Below, in pieces: positions 57,582 to 64,000 of a stretch of 64,000 nucleotides of DNA. The stretch's first letter is position 1. Every line of letters begins with the position of its first letter. The notes beneath the pieces are model-generated. The model ran no database searches. It was not told where the DNA came from and saw nothing but the letters and a program-made list of their open reading frames with translations. The DNA lies in NCBI GenBank assembly GCA_024641305.1, contig JAHEDI010000006.1, positions 24,149 to 88,148 of the forward strand, written 5' to 3'. A program made the position numbers and the translations under genes. This DNA is from a bacterium (GTDB lineage: Bacteria > Actinomycetota > Acidimicrobiia > Spongiisociales > JAENVV01).

Positions 57582-59519
57582 CTATTTTCTGAGGTAGTCC
57601 CGGACGATCATGTCGCCCAACTCCTCGGAGCGGGCGGCAAACACCCGGCCGTGCACGATCTTCGCCAACCGATCGACAAATGCCACCAGTCCTGGTTCTT
57701 GTTCGAGCATGAAGATATTCATGGTTACTCCGCCCCTGGCGAGTCGCATGGCCTCTTTGAACGTCAGGTCGATCGTTCGGCGCGCCGGAGGCCACTGAAA
57801 GAAAACCTCATCCCCTTCCAGGTGAGCGGTCGGCTCGCCATCGGTGACCAGGAGCACTTGTTTGGTGGCATCCCGATGACGTGCCAGGATCCGACCTGCC
57901 AGATTGAACGCATGTTCCATGTTGGTTCCGTAGACAGGCTCCCAATCGACCTGACCCAGATCGGCCGGCGACATCACCCTGGCATAGTCCGAAAAGGCCA
58001 CGATTTCGAGATGGTCCTCCGGGTAGGCGGTGGTGATGAGGGCGTGGAGCGCCAATGCCATCCGTTTGGCGCCAAGCCAGTGACCCCGTAGCGGCATCGA
58101 GCGGCTCATATCGAGCAACAACACGGTGGCAACCGAAGTCTTGGTCTCGTATTCGGCGATCTCGAAATCCTCCGGTGACAGCTGAATCTGGCCACCCTCT
58201 GAAACACCGCCCCGCACAACCGCATTGCCGAGGGTCCGCTGAAGATCGAGGCGGAACGTATCCCCGTACTTCCAAGGACGCGAGGTGCCGGTCGGTTCTC
58301 CCATCCCTCCCGCCGACGGCACATCATGGGATCCCGGCCTGTCCACGGTGATGTGTTCAAACACTTTCGAGAGCGCCTGCTCGCCGAGTTTGCGGACCCC
58401 GCGCGGTGTCAGCTCCAATCGACCGGAACTCCGCACGACCACCCCGGCCCGTTCAAGGGCTCGCTCAATCTTCTTGAGCCGTTCGAGGTCCCGACGGGCT
58501 TCACCGTCGAGCATTCGGGCTAGTTCCTCCGGGTCGACATCGGCCAAAGAGGCACCCGGATAGTTTTGGCCGAGAGCCCGCTCAAGGTTTTCCATGGCTG
58601 AAAGATCCTCGATGGCGTTCAAAGCCGCCCCCAAACCGTCCGTCGGGCCGCCCGCCCCATCCATGGAACCGTTCCAGTCGAGGCCAGGTGCCAGTGCCCG
58701 CAGTGTATTACCGAGGTGATCCATTTGGAAGGCCAGGTCGAGGTCGTCCATCGCCACGTTCATAAGATCGTCGAGTTCGGCCCGCTGGTCTGGCGAGAGG
58801 TTGGCCATGAACCGGGAGAAGGCCGCCGCTCGTTTGGCCAAGGCTTCGAGCAGTTCGTCGAGCGTGGTCGGATTCTCTGGAAAGAATTCGCCGTGCTTGG
58901 TCATGAAGGCCGCAAACTCTTCGTCGGATGGCCCGGTCCCGGCCTGACGCTGATCAAGGAGACCGTTTAGATCGGCCAACATGTCTTTGAGCGCAGCCAT
59001 CGTTTCGGGATCAGGATCGCTCATCGCCTCGGAAACCTCCCGGAACATGCGATCCATGATGTCTCGGCGGAGTTCGTTGAGCAGATCATCGAACGCCTGA
59101 CGGGCCTCTTCAGACACAAACTCGTATCCTTTCAGCTCGGACAGCGTCTCAGCAAGTGAGTCCGGCAACGCATCGAGCGCCACCTCCCGGAATCGGGCAT
59201 CATCTGAGTCCATCACGGATAGCTCCATCTGCTCCGTGTGAACAATCTCTTCGACCCGCTCACGAATTCGGGCAATCGGCCCGTTCGTGCCAAGGCGGGC
59301 GGCGGCCTCTTGGCGCATGTGTTCGATCCGGGCCCGGAGCTGATCCAAGCCGGAGAACCGGCCAGGCATCCCCTGGCGAAGAAGTCGCTCAAGGGACTCG
59401 TCGACCGACCATCCGTTAAGTAGATCCTCCGACAGTTGCTCGACCAGATCATCAAGCGGCAGCTCGGCGGAAAGCGGATCCTGAGACCCATCCCACGCCG
59501 AATAGCGATTCGGGAGCAT
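57582..59519 (-). CDS. von Willebrand factor A domain protein (ChlD-like)
   Basis: 645 aa. Acidic coiled N-terminal region, C-terminal VWA with MIDAS (LLLDMSRSM). Confidence 0.7.
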   Translation of the reverse strand: MLPNRYSAWDGSQDPLSAELPLDDLVEQLSEDLLNGWSVDESLERLLRQGMPGRFSGLDQLRARIEHMRQEAAARLGTNGPIARIRERVEEIVHTEQMELSVMDSDDARFREVALDALPDSLAETLSELKGYEFVSEEARQAFDDLLNELRRDIMDRMFREVSEAMSDPDPETMAALKDMLADLNGLLDQRQAGTGPSDEEFAAFMTKHGEFFPENPTTLDELLEALAKRAAAFSRFMANLSPDQRAELDDLMNVAMDDLDLAFQMDHLGNTLRALAPGLDWNGSMDGAGGPTDGLGAALNAIEDLSAMENLERALGQNYPGASLADVDPEELARMLDGEARRDLERLKKIERALERAGVVVRSSGRLELTPRGVRKLGEQALSKVFEHITVDRPGSHDVPSAGGMGEPTGTSRPWKYGDTFRLDLQRTLGNAVVRGGVSEGGQIQLSPEDFEIAEYETKTSVATVLLLDMSRSMPLRGHWLGAKRMALALHALITTAYPEDHLEIVAFSDYARVMSPADLGQVDWEPVYGTNMEHAFNLAGRILARHRDATKQVLLVTDGEPTAHLEGDEVFFQWPPARRTIDLTFKEAMRLARGGVTMNIFMLEQEPGLVAFVDRLAKIVHGRVFAARSEELGDMIVRDYLRK

Positions 59520-60922
59520 CAGCTGCGGCCGTACACAGAACTACCGGCTTCGGCGTCCTTGTTCAGGCGACGGGTGAGATGGAGTCCTTCCATGGCAAAA
59601 TCGAGCACGCTCGCCAGGTGATCCGGTGACTCCTCGGCCAGTCCAACCCGCCTGGCGAACTCGGCCAGAACTGCCAGGTGGCCGACTTCGAGGAGCATCG
59701 ACCCGGCCGGAGTCAAGTCACCCGACTCGACGATGACCCCCTCATCGAAAAGGTCGATCAGTTCGGCGAAGTCGACACCGTTTGAGCGATCTCGAAAGAC
59801 CTCGACGACCGCCTGCGCCAGGAGACGGCGCAATACATCCATCTCTCGCCCCTCTTCGAACACTTCGAACTCGACCCGTCCCATCGAGGCGAGCAATACC
59901 GAGGGGAGATCGGCAATCCGGGCTACGGCCTGTCCACTTCCAGTGCGCAAAGCCCGTCGCACGGCCGAAGCGACGATCGTTTCCAGATTGGCAATCGAGA
60001 AGCGGACCGAGACCCCCGACCGCTGATTCACGTGCGACGAGTTTCTCACGGCATGGGTGAACTCGGCCAGGATCTCTTTGAGGAATTCCGGCACCTCGAT
60101 GCTCACACCGGCCGGAGGGGGGGTCGACTCCTGCTCCATGATCATGATCTCGTCGTTGATCGTCATGGGATAGTGGGTACGAACCTCAGATCCGAATCGG
60201 TCTTTGAGCGGGGTAATGATCCTCCCGCGGTTCGTGTAGTCCTCGGGGTTGGCCGAGGCGATGAGCAGGATGTCGAGCGGCAGACTCACCCGGTACCCGC
60301 GGATCTGAATGTCACGCTCTTCGAGCACATTGAGCAACGACACCTGAATCCGGGTAGGAAGATCCGGCAACTCGTTAATCGAGAAGATCCCCCGGTGCGA
60401 ACGAGGCACCAGCCCGTAATGAATGGTCAATTGATCCGACAGATACCGGCCTTCGGCAACCTTTATCGGGTCAACATCACCGATCAAATCAGCTACCGCG
60501 GTGTCTGGCGTAGCGAGTTTCTCACCATAACGAGCCTCAGGAGGCACCCATCGGATCGGCGTCAGGTCGCCTTCCTCGTCGATGAGGTGCAGGCAAAACG
60601 CACACACCGGCCGGAACGGTGAATCATTGATCTCGCAACCTTCGACGGTTGGCGAATACGCGTCGAGTAGGTCGACGAGCCTGCGAATGAGCCGCGTCTT
60701 GGCTTGCCCACGCTCCCCAAGCAAAATGATGTCGTGGCCCGCCAATATGGCTCGCTCCAGGGCCGGGATGACCGTCTGGTCAAATCCGACAATCCCGGGA
60801 AACAGCTCGGCGCCCGCTCGCATCCGCTGCATGAGGTTGTCTCGTAGTTCATCTTTGACGCTGCGATCGACCCAGTCCGATTCCCGCAACGCACCAAGTG
60901 TGGTTATCCCCGTGTGGTCCAT
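59519..60922 (-). CDS. AAA+ ATPase, ChlI/MoxR-like
   Basis: 467 aa. Walker A LLGERGQAKT, Walker B/sensor region GIFSINELPDL. 1-nt overlap with the VWA gene. Confidence 0.7.
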   Translation of the reverse strand: MDHTGITTLGALRESDWVDRSVKDELRDNLMQRMRAGAELFPGIVGFDQTVIPALERAILAGHDIILLGERGQAKTRLIRRLVDLLDAYSPTVEGCEINDSPFRPVCAFCLHLIDEEGDLTPIRWVPPEARYGEKLATPDTAVADLIGDVDPIKVAEGRYLSDQLTIHYGLVPRSHRGIFSINELPDLPTRIQVSLLNVLEERDIQIRGYRVSLPLDILLIASANPEDYTNRGRIITPLKDRFGSEVRTHYPMTINDEIMIMEQESTPPPAGVSIEVPEFLKEILAEFTHAVRNSSHVNQRSGVSVRFSIANLETIVASAVRRALRTGSGQAVARIADLPSVLLASMGRVEFEVFEEGREMDVLRRLLAQAVVEVFRDRSNGVDFAELIDLFDEGVIVESGDLTPAGSMLLEVGHLAVLAEFARRVGLAEESPDHLASVLDFAMEGLHLTRRLNKDAEAGSSVYGRS

Positions 60923-61002
60923 GGTGCACCTTATCCTGTCGCCGGACCCTACGGCACGGCGTTTCGAGTTTTGATGTCCGGTGTCCCGACTACTGTGTTT
61001 TC

Positions 61003-61992
61003 ATGACAACTTTTGCGTACTTCTGCGGGCACGAACAATGGCAACCCGAGGAACTTGTCGAGCACGCCAAACTCGCTGAGACGGCTGGCTTTGACATGTT
61101 GGTGGTTTCAGAGCATTTCCACCCATGGGTAGACGACCAATCTGCGGCCGGGTTTGCCTTCGCAACGATCGGGGCCATGGCGCAGGCAACCGAACGAGTC
61201 AGCTTCGCGACCGGCGTAACCACGCCGCTGTTCCGATATCACCCTGCCGTCGTGGCCCAGGCGGCGGCCACTCTCGATCGCCTCTGTGGAGGTCGATTCA
61301 ACCTCGGCGTTGGGACCGGCGAAAACATCAACGAAGGGCCTCTCGGCTACGAGTTTCCCAACTATGCGGGACGATCGTCCCGGATGCGCGAGGCGCTTGA
61401 GATCATGCGGCGTCTGCTGGATGGTGAGAAGCTGACGTTCAACGGTGAGCATTACGTGACGGATCGCGCCAAGCTGTACTCGCCGCCGCTCGGCCCGGTG
61501 CCGATTTGGCTCGCAGCCGGTGGACCCAAATCGGCCGCTCTGGCAGGTGAAATGGCCGAAGGAATCGTGACATCCGTGAAGGTGCCGGACGAGACTCGGC
61601 AAAACGTCATTGATCCGTCCAAGGAAGCTGCCCTGGCGGCCGGGCGTCCGGCCCCGAAGATTCTCGCAACCAGGTGGGCGATCAAGGCCGAGAACGACGA
61701 GGAGGCCTGGGAGGCGCTCTACCCGTGGCGAGGACTCCGGGCCCCGGGGCGTCTTGATGCCGTCGACCCCATGGACTTGCGGATCCGGGCTGACGAAATG
61801 CCCCGAGAAGAAATTCTCGGCCGCTACTCCCTCGTGTCGAGCGCCGAGGACATCGTCGAGACGTACCGACCATTGGTGACCGATCTCAAGGCCGACGTCG
61901 TGACCATCCAAATGGCCTCGCTCGACCAGCCCGCCCTAATCGAGATGCTCGGCAGTGAGGTGCTCCCGCAATTGCGTGCGCTCGTCGGCTAA
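61003..61992 (+). CDS. LLM-class F420-dependent oxidoreductase, Fgd (F420-dependent glucose-6-phosphate dehydrogenase)-like
   Basis: Trimmed to ATG 61003. Strong similarity to Fgd (VSEHFHPW, TPLFRYHPAVVAQA, LGVGTGE). Confidence 0.75.
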   Translation: MTTFAYFCGHEQWQPEELVEHAKLAETAGFDMLVVSEHFHPWVDDQSAAGFAFATIGAMAQATERVSFATGVTTPLFRYHPAVVAQAAATLDRLCGGRFNLGVGTGENINEGPLGYEFPNYAGRSSRMREALEIMRRLLDGEKLTFNGEHYVTDRAKLYSPPLGPVPIWLAAGGPKSAALAGEMAEGIVTSVKVPDETRQNVIDPSKEAALAAGRPAPKILATRWAIKAENDEEAWEALYPWRGLRAPGRLDAVDPMDLRIRADEMPREEILGRYSLVSSAEDIVETYRPLVTDLKADVVTIQMASLDQPALIEMLGSEVLPQLRALVG

Positions 61993-62702
61993 CTGCCGCC
62001 TTCCGGAAAGCTGGCTCCGATTTCGATGAGCAGGTCGTCGACCTCACTCTTGATGGCAATCCCGGCTTCGATCTCGTCGGTCTGAAGATCTGCGAGGAGG
62101 CGCCAGCTTGGTGCGTCACGGCGAAGCAGGTCGCTGACAGGAGCGACCTGCTCGGGCGGAATCGTCCGCAGCCAGTTGCGAATGGGTGCCACAAATGGCC
62201 CCCCGAAAGTGGCGATTGGGTCGAGCTCCCATCGGTCGTCCACGAGCCTGAGTACGAACACTCCAGAGATTTCCTGAACGCCGAACCGAATGCTGCCGAT
62301 TGCATACCGCACTCCATCGGTGGCGAACTGGCGGTCGATGGTCGCCGCGATATTGTCAGGTTCGGCGTCGACCAATCCCGGCAAGGATGCCGCAAAGGCC
62401 GACCAGAAGTTGTCGCGGGCTTGTGAGCTCAACCCCCGGTCTTCATATGACAAGAGAGCCGTTGCGTCTGGAACTTCGATGGCAGCAAGCAATCCCAGTT
62501 GGGCTTCATCGACCAGGTCACTCGTGGCGGAGTAGTTGCTTGCCCATAGCTCCTGGAGCAATTTGGTGAGCACCGCTTCAGGACCGAGTGGCTGTTGGGC
62601 CACTATGGTGTTAACCGTCGTCGATACGGGGGCTCCCGACCCGCCGCAGGCGGCCGTCGCACCGATAAGTGCTGCCAACAAAACGAGTCGAAGTTTCTGC
62701 AT
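61989..62702 (-). CDS. Hypothetical lipoprotein
   Basis: Signal and lipobox LLAALIGATAAC. Confidence 0.5.
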   Translation of the reverse strand: MQKLRLVLLAALIGATAACGGSGAPVSTTVNTIVAQQPLGPEAVLTKLLQELWASNYSATSDLVDEAQLGLLAAIEVPDATALLSYEDRGLSSQARDNFWSAFAASLPGLVDAEPDNIAATIDRQFATDGVRYAIGSIRFGVQEISGVFVLRLVDDRWELDPIATFGGPFVAPIRNWLRTIPPEQVAPVSDLLRRDAPSWRLLADLQTDEIEAGIAIKSEVDDLLIEIGASFPEGGS

Positions 62703-62733
62703 CGACAGACCAGCGTAGCTCCGTGGCAGCCGT

Positions 62734-63255
62734 CTAGGCCCGGACCGGGAGTCGCCCAGTCGTAAGAAGCGTCTTGCGAATGGTCGGATCCGATAGCCCG
62801 AGACGGCGGTATAAGTACGTCAGGTACGCCAACCCGGCCAATTCCTGACCGATGGCTACGGGTGTGAAGAGCCCTCCAAGATGACCCCAGTAGTCGGCCT
62901 GGCCCGGATCGAAAGCCCATCCGAACACCGGCCATAAGAAGGTTGCGCTGGACATCCACATCCCGTCGAGGAGCAGGTGCAGCATCGCCCCGATCGCCAC
63001 GGCCATGATGGCCCGCCGTCGTCTCCCCCGCCGGGTCACCAGCAGCGCCAGCGTCATGATCGCGGTTGGAAAAGCCAGACTGTGGCCGATCAGACGGTCG
63101 GCCCCGAAGTAGTCAGGGGCGATCAACGTCCCGAGCGGTTTGTCGATGAGGTTCGGAAGCACGGCGCCGAGGGCGAGCATGCGCACGTCAACCTTCGGGT
63201 CCCGGAAGATGTACCGGAAAAGCAGGATGGCGCCTGCAATGTGATAGACCAGCAC
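62734..63255 (-). CDS. Hypothetical integral membrane protein
   Basis: 173 aa, 4-5 TM segments. Confidence 0.45.
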   Translation of the reverse strand: MLVYHIAGAILLFRYIFRDPKVDVRMLALGAVLPNLIDKPLGTLIAPDYFGADRLIGHSLAFPTAIMTLALLVTRRGRRRRAIMAVAIGAMLHLLLDGMWMSSATFLWPVFGWAFDPGQADYWGHLGGLFTPVAIGQELAGLAYLTYLYRRLGLSDPTIRKTLLTTGRLPVRA

Positions 63256-63966
63256 CTAGACGACCAGGATGCGCCTGCAATGAAGACAACGGGGCGGATC
63301 TTCGTTCAGCACCTCAAGTTGCTCGGCCGGTGACAGAGTGAGATGGCATCCTCCACACACGCCGTCTGCCAGGCGAGCCGCACCAACGCCTTCTTTGTGG
63401 GCTCGTAAGGACTCGTACAGCTCAAGAATCTCGGGGTCGATGAGTGGAACAATCGCCTGTTTGCGTGATTCCTTGCGGGCGATCTCGGCATCGATACGCT
63501 TCCAGGCCTCGCCCACTTCCGCCTCATGCGTGCGCATCGTGACCTCAGCCGAGGCAACCGCTTCGACGGCAGACGCCACCGCCGTTTCAAGTTCTTCGTG
63601 ACGATCGAGAAGCATGAGGACGTCGTCTTCCATCGTGGATCGACGCTTCTTGAGGGACTGAACGTCCAACCGAAGATTCTCGGCGTCCCGAGCCGTTAAG
63701 CCGCCGGCAAACAGCCGTTGTTCATGTGTGTCGATTTTCGACTCGAAGAGTTCGAGCTCGCCCTCATGCTTATCGAGGGTCAACGCAGTTTCCTTGAGTT
63801 GCTCGGCAAGGTCGGCATGGGTGGCCGTCGCCTTTTCGTGAGTCTTATGCGCCTTCTTGTATGCAGCCAGGGCCGGCAGCGATGACCGTTCAGCGAGCAG
63901 CCGATCAATCTGAGAATCCACGTCCTGCAGGTCGAGAAGGTCGGCCAAACTCTTGAACTGTTGCAT
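63256..63966 (-). CDS. Zinc-ribbon coiled-coil protein (DUF164/C4-type)
   Basis: Coiled coil followed by CGGC...CLHC. Start set at the second ATG (63966), which is preceded by GGAGGG. Confidence 0.6.
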   Translation of the reverse strand: MQQFKSLADLLDLQDVDSQIDRLLAERSSLPALAAYKKAHKTHEKATATHADLAEQLKETALTLDKHEGELELFESKIDTHEQRLFAGGLTARDAENLRLDVQSLKKRRSTMEDDVLMLLDRHEELETAVASAVEAVASAEVTMRTHEAEVGEAWKRIDAEIARKESRKQAIVPLIDPEILELYESLRAHKEGVGAARLADGVCGGCHLTLSPAEQLEVLNEDPPRCLHCRRILVV

Positions 63967-64000
63967 TAACCCTCCCATGGGTCGGTCGTCACGCTGGTTA

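Noticed and set aside
1-64000. Mobile elements, CRISPR arrays, prophage or defence islands
   Set aside because: No transposase, integrase or recombinase-like ORFs, no direct-repeat arrays and no tRNA genes were recognised. The composition appears uniform.

Overview
High-GC (about 65%) actinobacterial-type chromosomal window of ordinary gene density. The organism is not identified. The Actinobacteria call rests on gene content (PriA-type hisA, DesA-like desaturase, F420/LLM enzymes, the SCO1664/DUF3090/phosphomutase triad, a Nur-type box). No mobile elements or CRISPR were seen. The window opens inside a long minus-strand operon that matches the E. coli ygfK-ssnA-xdhD/ygeW/yqeA selenium-dependent molybdenum-hydroxylase and purine-catabolism locus, with a divergent beta-ureidopropionase-like gene and an adenosine deaminase alongside. 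The most interesting result is two separate genes with an in-frame TGA at a conserved catalytic-Cys position, each followed by a SECIS-like hairpin, making them candidate selenoproteins. One is a HesB/IscA-like protein at 11768..12061. The other is a TlpA/ResA-type thioredoxin lipoprotein at 44228..44848 with W-U-SS-C in place of the usual WCxxC. The ORF track splits each of these into two ORFs. The TlpA-like candidate sits between a Fur-family regulator and a NikMNQO-type ECF transporter that has a textbook Nur box (TTGCAA-N5-TTGCAA). The HesB-like candidate may lead a tightly packed plus-strand cluster of a YkoF-like protein, an HTH regulator, two PLP fold-II enzymes, a nitroreductase and an enolase-superfamily enzyme. 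Also present are a partial his operon in an unusual layout with an AT-rich operator-like inverted repeat, RNase P RNA on the minus strand (masked by spurious ORFs), F420-associated enzymes, and assorted housekeeping, transport and two-component genes.
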